DNA of 64,000 bases from Candidatus Sumerlaeaceae bacterium (GTDB lineage: Bacteria > Sumerlaeota > Sumerlaeia > Sumerlaeales > Sumerlaeaceae): positions 160,001 through 224,000 of the forward strand of contig JBPCLP010000021.1 in the NCBI GenBank assembly GCA_051003195.1, in the 5' to 3' direction. The notes under the pieces were generated by a model that did no database searches, was not told the DNA's origin, and worked only from the letters and a program-made list of their open reading frames with translations. Below, piece by piece: positions 47,930-56,784 of the stretch. The translations under genes were made by a program, and so were the position numbers. Each line of letters opens with the position of its first letter. Position 1 is the first letter of the stretch.

Positions 47930-47962
47930 CGTAAGTCCCAGGTGCCGGAACGAATCGGATCT

Positions 47963-48457
47963 ATGGTAACAATCGTTCCGATGACGCGCTTACATGTGCA
48001 GGCTGCAAAGCGCGTAATTATCACCGTTGTCTGTGAACTGTTTGCTGGAGACACTTCAGCGGCAAATATCGATCGCACATTAAATGATTATGACCGCTCA
48101 CGGCATTTTGCTGACATTGATGATTTTGAGGAACATTATCTTGCGCGCAAAGGAATGTTCCTGGTCCTGCTCGAAGGCGACGAGGTTGTGGGTACGGGCG
48201 CGGTACGGCCATTGGATCAAACCACTGCTGAGTTAAAGAGGATGTGGTTTTTACCTGAGTACCGCGGACTCGGATTGGGACGGAGCATGGCGGAGCAGCT
48301 TCTTGAGTTTGCTCGAACAAGCGGTTATACTCACGTGCGGCTGGATAGTGGAAAGAACCAAGTTGCGGCGCTTCGGCTCTATCACAAGCTTGGGTTTCGC
48401 GAGATACAGCGCTATAATGAAAGCACGTGCGACGTTTTCATGGAGCTTGAACTGTAA
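47963..48457 (+). CDS. GNAT-family N-acetyltransferase
   Basis: AELKRMWFLPEYRGLGLGR, ALRLYHKLGF. Confidence 0.9.
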   Translation: MVTIVPMTRLHVQAAKRVIITVVCELFAGDTSAANIDRTLNDYDRSRHFADIDDFEEHYLARKGMFLVLLEGDEVVGTGAVRPLDQTTAELKRMWFLPEYRGLGLGRSMAEQLLEFARTSGYTHVRLDSGKNQVAALRLYHKLGFREIQRYNESTCDVFMELEL

Positions 48458-48478
48458 AGGCAGTCTGTCAGCTATCAA

Positions 48479-49630
48479 TCAGGATGACGCCGCGGTACCC
48501 GGCACCGCCACGCGCGCATTCGTAATCGCCCCCTCGCGGCACAGCATGGTCTCGCGCGTGATTTCATCGTCGATGTCGATGGTCATTTCACCCTTTTTCA
48601 CCAGGTGCAGAATCAGGCTGCTGACGTTTTTTGCATAGAGCTGGCTCGCGTGATAAGGCACTTCGCTGGGCATATTATCCGGCCCAAAGATGGTTACACC
48701 CGAATCGTAAACGGTCTGCCCCGACTGCGTTAGCTCGCAATTGCCACCGCGCTCGGCCGCAAGATCCACCACGACAGATCCCGGCGACATGCGGCGGGTA
48801 TGCTCAGCTGACACAAGGACAGGCGCGCGCTTACCAGGCACGGCTGCCGTCGTTATGAGCACGTCGCTCTCCGCTACAACTTTACCGATCAGCTCACGCT
48901 GCCGCTGGTAAAAAGCTTCGTCCTGCGCGGCGGCATATCCGCCGGCACCTTCCGCCGCTGCGGTTTCGAGCGGCAGTTCAACAAACCGTGCGCCAAGGCT
49001 GAGCACCTGTTCCTTGGCTGCGGCACGTACATCGTAAGCGCTTACGACGGCACCCAGCCGCCGCGCCGTCGCAATGGCCTGTAACCCGGCAACACCGGCA
49101 CCCATAATGAGTACGCGGGCCGGCGCAATGGTTCCAGCGGCTGTCGTCAGCATTGGGAACATACGCGGCAGCAGATTCGCCGCTACCAGCACCGCTTTAT
49201 ATCCGGCAATGGAAGCCTGGCTCGACAACGCGTCCATGCTCTGCGCCCGGGTAATCCGCGGAATAAGCTCCATGGCGAAGGCGGTGACCCCCGTTGCAGC
49301 AAGCCTGGCTGCCGCCGCAGTTTCACCAAGCGGGTCCAGGAATCCAATGAGAATCTGCCCCGGTTTCAGCCCTGCCAGTTCAACGCCCGGGTTTGCGCCG
49401 CCCGCGCGCACGCAGGCAAGGATGTCTGCCGAACCAATCAATGCCTCGGCGTCCCCGACAACGGTTGCGCCTTTATCGATGTATTGTTGATCAGGGAATC
49501 CTGCTTCCACCCCTGCGCCGCTCTGCACGTGAACCTGGATGTCCTGCTTCAGCAACAGCGGCACCGATGCCGGTACAAGCGCCACGCGCCGCTCGCCTGC
49601 GAATGTCTCTTTTGGGACCCCTACGATCAC
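48479..49630 (-). CDS. pntA: NAD(P) transhydrogenase alpha subunit part 1 (dI)
   Basis: GVPKE..GERRVAL, PRITRAQSMDALSS, GAGVAGLQAIATARRLGA, DLAAERGGNC; GGAGG RBS before GTG 49630. Confidence 0.95.
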   Translation of the reverse strand: MIVGVPKETFAGERRVALVPASVPLLLKQDIQVHVQSGAGVEAGFPDQQYIDKGATVVGDAEALIGSADILACVRAGGANPGVELAGLKPGQILIGFLDPLGETAAAARLAATGVTAFAMELIPRITRAQSMDALSSQASIAGYKAVLVAANLLPRMFPMLTTAAGTIAPARVLIMGAGVAGLQAIATARRLGAVVSAYDVRAAAKEQVLSLGARFVELPLETAAAEGAGGYAAAQDEAFYQRQRELIGKVVAESDVLITTAAVPGKRAPVLVSAEHTRRMSPGSVVVDLAAERGGNCELTQSGQTVYDSGVTIFGPDNMPSEVPYHASQLYAKNVSSLILHLVKKGEMTIDIDDEITRETMLCREGAITNARVAVPGTAASS

Positions 49631-49723
49631 TTGATGCCTCCAGGTACTTCCATCGCCAACCACCCACAACTTGACTCAGGCTTTCGCACTTCCCGAACCT
49701 CGCTTCCACATAAGGAGATTCCA

Positions 49724-50068
49724 GTGCAATCCACACTAATCACCAACCTCTACATTTTTCTTCTGGCGACGTTTATCGGCTTTGAGGTGATCCGGCGGGT
49801 TTCACCGCTGCTTCACACTCCATTGATGTCGCTGACCAATGCAATCTCGGCCATTGCGATTGTTGGAGCGCTGGTGATAGCCGGCCGCCGGGACGCGCCT
49901 ACGCTTGTGACAGTGCTTGGGACAATAGCCGTACTTGCGTCCACGATCAACATTGTCGGCGGATACCTTATCACCTATCGCATGCTTCGGATGTTTAAGA
50001 AACGGGAGCGCGTAGCGGTTGTTCAGCCGAATTCTTCGACCAGCACACCGGCTGGGCCTGCTAAATGA
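49724..50068 (+). CDS. pntA: NAD(P) transhydrogenase alpha subunit part 2
   Basis: LHTPLMSLTNAISAI, INIVGGYLITYRMLRMF; TAAGGAG RBS before GTG 49724. Confidence 0.93.
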   Translation: MQSTLITNLYIFLLATFIGFEVIRRVSPLLHTPLMSLTNAISAIAIVGALVIAGRRDAPTLVTVLGTIAVLASTINIVGGYLITYRMLRMFKKRERVAVVQPNSSTSTPAGPAK

Positions 50069-51501
50069 TTGTCATACTGGTTCACCTCGCCTACATCGCC
50101 GCTGCCGCATGTTTTATCCTGGCGCTGAAATGGTTAAGCGCGGTGCCGACGGCACGTCGCGGCGTGATTATTGGTGTAACGGGTATGGCGCTCGCCGTCG
50201 GCGGCACGCTGATCAAGCCCGAGGTCGTCAACTATCAGTGGATCGCGATTGCGATCGTGCTGGGCTCGATTATCGGGGTCCCCATGGCGCTTATGCCAAT
50301 GACCCACGTCCCGCAGCGAACCGCGCTTTCCCATTCATTCGGCGCGCTGGCCGTCGCGCTCGTAGGTGCCGCCGAGTTTTATCTGCACCGCTGGGGTCAC
50401 GGCGGGAGCGGCACCGCGCAAGGGGCAGGCGCCGCTGCGGCAGGCGGGGCGCATCTCGACCGCTTTACCATGTCGGCCCTTGTGCTGGAAGTGCTCCTTG
50501 GCGGCCTGACCTTCACCGCCAGCCTTATGGCCTTTGGCAAACTGCAGGAGCTGATCCCCACGCGACCCATTGTCTACCCGCACCAGAACATTCTCAATTT
50601 GTCCGTACTCGGACTGGCGGTTCTGTTCGCCATCCTGATTGTGGCAAGCCCCAGCCTTGGATGGCTTTTCCCGATATTCCTGGCGCTCTCGGTTGCGTTT
50701 GGCGTGCTGCTGATATTGCCTATCGGCGGAGCGGATATGCCGACGGTTCTCGCGCTGCTCAATTCGTACGCCGGCCTGAGCGCGGCGGCCATGGGTTTCG
50801 TACTCGATAACAAATTACTGATCATCGCGGGGTCGTTGGATGGATCCTCCGGCTTTATTCTGTCCGTGATCATGTGCCGCGCAATGAACCGCAGCTTCAC
50901 GAATGTGCTGTTTGGTGCTTTTGGCCAGGTACAAACCTCTGCACCTGGGGAAGTGGAGCAGCGCACCGCCCGCAGCGCCAGTGCCGAAGAAGCAGCGTCG
51001 TTCCTGGATGCGGCATCGAGTGTATTGATTGTCCCGGGATATGGAATGGCCGTGGCGCAGGCCCAGCACAAGGTGCGCGAACTGTACGACCTGCTCACTA
51101 AGCGCGGAGTCGATGTGCGCTTTGCCATTCATCCAGTGGCGGGGCGTATGCCGGGCCACATGAACGTGCTGCTGGCCGAGGCCGATATCCCGTACGACAA
51201 GCTCCTTGAGATGGATGACGCAAACTCCGAATTCCCACAGGCGGACGTGGCACTCGTGATCGGCGCAAATGATGTGACGAACCCGGCCGCCCGTCACGAC
51301 AAAGGCAGCCCGATTTACGGAATGCCCATACTGGATGTCGACAAGGCCCGAACCGTCATGGTCATCAAACGCAGCATGAACCCCGGGTTTGCGGGAATCG
51401 AGAACGAGCTCTACTTCCAGGAGCAGACGCTGATGTTGTTCGGAGACGCGAAAAGTTTTGTCGGCGAACTGGTAAAGGAGCTTTCCGCCGTCGCGGCCTG
51501 A
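50065..51501 (+). CDS. pntB: NAD(P) transhydrogenase beta subunit
   Basis: IGGADMP, LLNSYAG, MCRAMNRS, VPGYGMAVAQAQ, HPVAGRMPGHMNVLLAEA, KRSM. Confidence 0.97.
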   Translation: MIVILVHLAYIAAAACFILALKWLSAVPTARRGVIIGVTGMALAVGGTLIKPEVVNYQWIAIAIVLGSIIGVPMALMPMTHVPQRTALSHSFGALAVALVGAAEFYLHRWGHGGSGTAQGAGAAAAGGAHLDRFTMSALVLEVLLGGLTFTASLMAFGKLQELIPTRPIVYPHQNILNLSVLGLAVLFAILIVASPSLGWLFPIFLALSVAFGVLLILPIGGADMPTVLALLNSYAGLSAAAMGFVLDNKLLIIAGSLDGSSGFILSVIMCRAMNRSFTNVLFGAFGQVQTSAPGEVEQRTARSASAEEAASFLDAASSVLIVPGYGMAVAQAQHKVRELYDLLTKRGVDVRFAIHPVAGRMPGHMNVLLAEADIPYDKLLEMDDANSEFPQADVALVIGANDVTNPAARHDKGSPIYGMPILDVDKARTVMVIKRSMNPGFAGIENELYFQEQTLMLFGDAKSFVGELVKELSAVAA

Positions 51502-51508
51502 CTACCAG

Positions 51509-51598
51509 TGTGCCGAATCAGAAGTTCGTATCCAGTTTGAGCACGGAAGAAAGCTCGATTCGGCACACAGAACCGAATACGAACTAACGGAGCCCACA
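51509..51598 (+). mobile_element. Mini-element type A (90 bp)
   Basis: CCAG|TGTGCCGAATCAGAAGTTC...CGATTCGGCACACAGAAC...GCCCACA|CTAA. Confidence 0.85.
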
Positions 51599-51602
51599 CT
51601 AA

Positions 51603-51886
51603 TGTGCAGTCTCAGAATTTCGCGGAATAATTACATGATTCCGGCTTTTTGGAATCCGCAGAATTTCGCGGCATAATTCAGTTCAGGGCACGCCTAACCA
51701 ACCGGGCGCCGCGCAACAAACCAAACATTCGGTTTTTTGCGCCGAAGGTGCAGCGGAACCCAGCCCAGGGAAAGGAGGCCACGGCTTTTTGTGGCCGACG
51801 CAGCCCTAGGTTATCGATACAATTACATCGCGCCCTGAAGGGGCGCCGCAAACCGAAAATATGGTACAAATTTCTGGGACACCACA
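51603..51886 (+). repeat. Composite element type C
   Basis: TGTGCAGTCTCAGAATTTCG...AAATTTCTGGGACACCACA|CCAG; interior matches ~40580-40705. Confidence 0.8.
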
Positions 51887-51890
51887 CCAG

Positions 51891-51979
51891 TGTACCGATT
51901 CCGTAGTTCATTACGAGACCAAACAAACTTACCCTCGATTCAGCACACAGAACTGATTACGAACAAACGGTAGATCACG
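51891..51979 (+). mobile_element. Mini-element type A (89 bp)
   Basis: CCAG|TGTACCGATTCCGTAGTTC...CGATTCAGCACACAGAAC...GGTAGATCACG|CTAG (contains the stop of the convergent gene). Confidence 0.82.
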
Positions 51980-53389
51980 CTAGAACTGGAAATAAAAGAA
52001 CGGCTCGTAGTTGTTGGTCCACGTGACCGCAATCAGCGCGATGAAACACGAGTACACCAGTCCGCGCACCCAGAACGGTTTATCCAGCAGGTACTCGTGT
52101 CGCCTGTGCAGCGCCTCGGGCACATCGATCGCCAGCACCACCGCCATCGCGTACAGCACCAGCCGCTGCCGGTCGGGGTCTGCCTTGAACGTAAACTCGA
52201 AAATCCGGTAAAAGAAATCGAACGACGTCGGAAGGCCTGGCAGGATCGCGAACATATGGCTCATGCTCATTAGCTGAAACGTAAACAGCCCGACGAGAAA
52301 CAGCCAAACCGGCCGCAGATGCATACTGCCCAGCCGCTCCACAAACGCGTCGTACGACTTCCCGATCATCCGCCCGATAGACAGGAACACCCCATTGATC
52401 GTCCCCCACAGCACGTAGTTCCACGTCGGCCCGTGCCACAGTCCGCATAGCGCCATCGTGATCATCAGGTTGCGGTACGTCTGGTACGTCCCGCCGCGGT
52501 TTCCGCCCAGCGAGATGTACACGTAATCGCGCAGCCACGAGCTCAGAGAAATGTGCCACCGCCGCCAGAATTCCGAAATGCCTGCCGAGAAATACGGCCA
52601 TCGGAAATTCTCCTGCAGCCGGAAGCCCATGAACATCGATGCGCCGCGCGCGATATCCGTGTAGCCCGAAAAATCGCAGTACACGCGAATCGCGAACAGG
52701 TAACAGGTCAGCACCAGCTGCCACGAGGAGTATTCCATAGGGTACGTGCGCGCGTGTTCGATCGCCGTGACAATCACATCGGCCACCGCCACCTTCTTTA
52801 CCAGTCCCACCAGGATGAAGTACGTCCCTTCGCCCCAGTCGCGCATCGTCACCTTGCGTCGTTCGAGTATCTGCGGCAGAAGAAAACTGGCGCGCAGGAT
52901 GGGCCCGGCGACGAGGTGCGGCCAGAACGACACAAACACCGCGAAATCCATCAGGCTGCGAACCGGCTTGAGCTTGCCCCGCCAGATGTCGATCGTATAC
53001 GACAGCGTCTGGAACGTATAGAACGAGATGCCGACCGGCAGCACCACCTTCAGCGTCCACCAGTCCGCCGCCCAGCCCAGCCGCAGAAACATCTGCCGCA
53101 CGGCCTCTTCGAAAAAGTTAAAGTACTTGAAGAAGCCCAGCATCCCGAGCTGCCCGATCACGCTGGCATACAGCCATTTCTTCCCATTCGGGCCCGGGAT
53201 TTTCAGGCCGCAATACCAGTCGAGTATCGTTGAGATGGCCAGCAGCCCGCAAAACCGCCAGTCCCAGAACGAGTAAAACACGTAGCTCGAACCCACGAGC
53301 AGGATATTCTGCCAGCGGTGGTTGAACACGTAATACAACCCGACAACGATGGCGAAAAAGATGAAAAACTCGGGTGTGTTAAATACCAA
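51980..53389 (-). CDS. MBOAT O-acyltransferase (AlgI-like)
   Basis: FFKYFNFF, LPVGISFYTFQ, HLVAGPI, DFSGYTDIA, FWRRWHISLSSW, GLWHG, FFYFQF. Confidence 0.95.
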   Translation of the reverse strand: MVFNTPEFFIFFAIVVGLYYVFNHRWQNILLVGSSYVFYSFWDWRFCGLLAISTILDWYCGLKIPGPNGKKWLYASVIGQLGMLGFFKYFNFFEEAVRQMFLRLGWAADWWTLKVVLPVGISFYTFQTLSYTIDIWRGKLKPVRSLMDFAVFVSFWPHLVAGPILRASFLLPQILERRKVTMRDWGEGTYFILVGLVKKVAVADVIVTAIEHARTYPMEYSSWQLVLTCYLFAIRVYCDFSGYTDIARGASMFMGFRLQENFRWPYFSAGISEFWRRWHISLSSWLRDYVYISLGGNRGGTYQTYRNLMITMALCGLWHGPTWNYVLWGTINGVFLSIGRMIGKSYDAFVERLGSMHLRPVWLFLVGLFTFQLMSMSHMFAILPGLPTSFDFFYRIFEFTFKADPDRQRLVLYAMAVVLAIDVPEALHRRHEYLLDKPFWVRGLVYSCFIALIAVTWTNNYEPFFYFQF

Positions 53390-53731
53390 TTCGGCTACTC
53401 TGGGAGCAACGTGGCAGCGCCACGCGAACGGTTGGAATGCTTTGCACGCACAATCGCTCGAAGCTGAACAGCAATGCCTCCACTACAAGCCGAATTTTCC
53501 GGCTCGCGCTGGTAGGCGGGGTGCCGTGCAATGGGCGGCATCCGCCCCGCGAAGTTTAGAAACTGCATTTGCATGCGACCTCAGACGCGCTCCCCCGCCC
53601 GCGCGATGACAATAGCCAACACCGAAGGATGCTTTGTAATGCCGCCTGCACCGTCGCAGTTCACAATACATAGCAGCGGCCGGTCTGGTTTCTTTAAATA
53701 ATTCCGCTACAGCGGTCTACCTGATCTTCTA

Positions 53732-55507
53732 GTGCGTAACTTTCTACGACTTCTCCTCCCATTCGCAATTGTCGCTTTTCATCTGTCGACGGCACACGCA
53801 CAGCAAACCATCGCCGACGCCGAGTGGTTCCAGCGGACCATAGCGCTGGGTGTTGTGTGGAAACACTACCAGTTCGACACGCTGTTCGGCTCGAAGCAAA
53901 GCATCAGCGTCATTGAAGCCGACCTCAGCAATCCCAACGTCGTGGTTCGTCTCCCGTATCTTACAAACACCCGCGCCAAAACCAGCGTATTTACCCCGCA
54001 GCAGTATCCCGCGGCGGCGGCCGCCGTGAACGGCACTTTCTTCGACACCTCTCCCGGTTCGGGCGGCTGCACCACCTACCTGCGCGCCAATGGCACTCTA
54101 ATTACTCCTGAGCAGCAGGGCGGAATGGCCGTCGATGGCGGCATGTGCCAGACGGCCCCCAACGTTGTCACGGGCGACCAGACCGTAACGGTAGAGCCGC
54201 GTCCCGTCTCTGGCTGGGACAGCAAGCCCACGGGACCACTCGGTGTCAGCGACATCCTCGTGCAAGGCCCCCTCATCCTTCTCAATAATGCGACTGCCAG
54301 TTTCACCAATTATACCTCGCACTGCGCGCCCCGGCATCCGCGCACCATGGTTGGCGTGACGAATACGAACAAGCTGATTCTTGTGACCGCCGACGGCCGC
54401 ACCGACGGCGCCGCGGGACTCACCTGCGACGAGATGGCGACCGTTATGCGCGACCTCGGCTGCGACGATGCCACCAGCCTCGATGGTGGAGGTTCGACCA
54501 CCATGTGGGTGCGCGGCGAGGAGAACGGTGGCGTTGTAAACTATCCGTCGGATAACGGGGTGTACGATCACCTCGGCGAACGCTCATGCTCCAATGCGAT
54601 CGCCATCATTTCGCCCGCCGCTCCGCCCGCTGCGCTCGACGCGCGGATTCTCAGCGCCAAGTATTTCCCGGCAGTCATTGGCGGCACCAGCCAGACCGTG
54701 ACGCTTTCCTACCGCAACATTGGCACGCAAACCTGGACCGCGGCAAACACCAAACTCAAAGTCACGCGGCCCCGCACCCGAACCAGTCCATTTGCGGCGG
54801 ACTCCGCGTGGCCGGCCACCGACACTCCCGCCCTGCTGCCTTCCGCAACTGTCGCCCCCGATGCTGTTACCACCTTTTCGTTTGTCATGACGGCGCCCGT
54901 TGTGCCCGCACCCACCATTTACTACGAGCACTTCGGCCTGTACGAGGAGGGTGTTGGCCCGTTTGGCCCTGCCGATAACGAGCCTCGCCTCAAGATCACC
55001 GTCTCGCCACAATCGGTGCCCACCACGGGCGTGATAGTTATCGAAAGCCGTCTTGGCGGCAAGAACTACCAGTGGTACGCGGAAAACGGAGTGTGGGCCG
55101 ATTCCGCGACCAACTGCACCACCCCCGACGCCACCGGCAACATCGGCATGCGGTGGGGCTCCACCTATAGGTCCGTTGCCGGCGCAAAGTCCGCCACCTA
55201 CACGCCCGACTTTGCCGAGCAGACCACGTGCGGCGTCTTCGTCACATGGGGCAACGGCGGCAGCCGCAGAAATCCCGTCACCTACGAAGTCATTGATGCC
55301 AATGGGACAACGAAGTATCTCGTCGACCAGACCGGGACTCCCAATGTGTGGCAACGCCTTGGCGCCCACACCTTCTACGCGGGTACCAGCGGGTATGTGC
55401 GCGTCAGCAATTCCGATATCGACGCCAGCGGAAGCATGTATTCGGCAGCGGTCCGGTTCGATCCGGAAAACGTGCCGGTATCGGTTTCCACGTTCAGTAT
55501 GGAGTGA
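53732..55507 (+). CDS. Secreted phosphodiester glycosidase (NAGPA) family protein with Ig-like and golvesin/CBM-like domains
   Basis: Signal peptide; VNGTFF, HPRTMVG, ADGR, LDGGGST; YRNIGTQTW Ig-like domain; WQRLGAHTF..VRVSN; ends VPVSVSTFSME. Confidence 0.85.
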   Translation: MRNFLRLLLPFAIVAFHLSTAHAQQTIADAEWFQRTIALGVVWKHYQFDTLFGSKQSISVIEADLSNPNVVVRLPYLTNTRAKTSVFTPQQYPAAAAAVNGTFFDTSPGSGGCTTYLRANGTLITPEQQGGMAVDGGMCQTAPNVVTGDQTVTVEPRPVSGWDSKPTGPLGVSDILVQGPLILLNNATASFTNYTSHCAPRHPRTMVGVTNTNKLILVTADGRTDGAAGLTCDEMATVMRDLGCDDATSLDGGGSTTMWVRGEENGGVVNYPSDNGVYDHLGERSCSNAIAIISPAAPPAALDARILSAKYFPAVIGGTSQTVTLSYRNIGTQTWTAANTKLKVTRPRTRTSPFAADSAWPATDTPALLPSATVAPDAVTTFSFVMTAPVVPAPTIYYEHFGLYEEGVGPFGPADNEPRLKITVSPQSVPTTGVIVIESRLGGKNYQWYAENGVWADSATNCTTPDATGNIGMRWGSTYRSVAGAKSATYTPDFAEQTTCGVFVTWGNGGSRRNPVTYEVIDANGTTKYLVDQTGTPNVWQRLGAHTFYAGTSGYVRVSNSDIDASGSMYSAAVRFDPENVPVSVSTFSME

Positions 55508-55573
55508 CGATTCGAACTCTCTGACATCACTGCGCAAGAGCAGTCGAAAGCGGTGCGCGCAGAAAAAGCAGGG

Positions 55574-56650
55574 TCAGATATTTTTCAGCTTCTCGGTTTG
55601 CTCCTCAAGAATAAGCGGCTCGATCACGGGATTCAGATCGCCTTCCATGATGCGATCGAGACTGTAGAGTGTCAGGTTGATGCGGTGGTCGGTGAGACGG
55701 TTCTGCGGAAAGTTGTAAGTGCGGATGCGTTCGCTGCGGTCGCCGCTGCCGACCATCCCCTTGCGCGTCGCAGCCTGCTCGGCGTGCTGCTTCTGCATCT
55801 CCACCTCGAGGATGCGGCTGCGCAGCACTTTCAGCGCCTTCGCCTTGTTCTTGTGCTGGCTCTTCTCATCCTGGCACGAGACCACCGTGCCGGTCGGTAT
55901 GTGCGTGATGCGCACTGCCGAGTCGGTCGTATTGACGCTCTGGCCGCCCGGTCCCCCTGAACGGAACACATCGATGCGCAGGTCGTCCGGCTTGATCACG
56001 ACGTCCACTTCCTCCGCTTCGGGCAGCACCGCCACCGTAGCCGCGGATGTATGGATGCGCCCTTGCGCCTCGGTCGTCGGTACGCGCTGCACGCGGTGCG
56101 TGCCGGCCTCGAATTTCATGCGGCTGTACACCCGCTCGCCCGTCACGCTGAAAATGACTTCCTTGAAACCGTTCAGCCCTGTCTCATTGCTCGACAGCAG
56201 CTCGGTCTTCCAACCCTTCTTTTCGCAATAGTAATTGTACATACGGAAGAGGTCGAAAGCGAACAGCGCCGCTTCGTCTCCGCCCGTTCCGGCGCGGATT
56301 TCGATGATGATATTCTTCTCGTCCAGCGGATCCCTTGGCACGAGCAGGAACTGGATGTCCTTCATGAGGGTTTCATGGATGCCTTCGAGTTCCTCAAGTT
56401 CCAGGCGCGCCATCTCCGCCATGTCGGGGTCCGGATCATTGGCAAGGCTTCGTGCCTGTTCGAGCCGGCTCTCGACGTCGTGGTACTCTCGAATCTTCGC
56501 GACGACCTGCGCGAGATCGGAGTGCGACTTCGAGAGCTGGCGGAGCTTGCCCGGATCGCTGGCGAGGGAAGGATCACTCAGTTGCGCTTCAATGGAGCCG
56601 AAGCGCTCTTCTACGTCGCGGAACCGCTGGCTGAGATCGGGCGTGGTCAT
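55574..56650 (-). CDS. prfA: Peptide chain release factor 1
   Basis: GTGGDEA, HRVQRVPTTE (PxT), GPGGQSVN, RIRTYNFPQ. Confidence 0.97.
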   Translation of the reverse strand: MTTPDLSQRFRDVEERFGSIEAQLSDPSLASDPGKLRQLSKSHSDLAQVVAKIREYHDVESRLEQARSLANDPDPDMAEMARLELEELEGIHETLMKDIQFLLVPRDPLDEKNIIIEIRAGTGGDEAALFAFDLFRMYNYYCEKKGWKTELLSSNETGLNGFKEVIFSVTGERVYSRMKFEAGTHRVQRVPTTEAQGRIHTSAATVAVLPEAEEVDVVIKPDDLRIDVFRSGGPGGQSVNTTDSAVRITHIPTGTVVSCQDEKSQHKNKAKALKVLRSRILEVEMQKQHAEQAATRKGMVGSGDRSERIRTYNFPQNRLTDHRINLTLYSLDRIMEGDLNPVIEPLILEEQTEKLKNI

Positions 56651-56784
56651 GGCGCGGCATGATTACCGCGCCCGCTCTGGGTTATTGCCTCGCATCGCAG
56701 GCGTGCATGAGTGCCGGAATGCAGTTGCACCGCCCAAACGTGCGCGTATGGCATCGCAACAGTTTCGCCATGTAAGGAGCAGTC

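Noticed and set aside
48474..49635. ATCAA/TTGAT inverted 5-mers exactly flanking pntA1 as recombination sites
   Set aside because: Too short, and the gene's RBS lies outside them on the matching strand, so they cannot be the inversion ends
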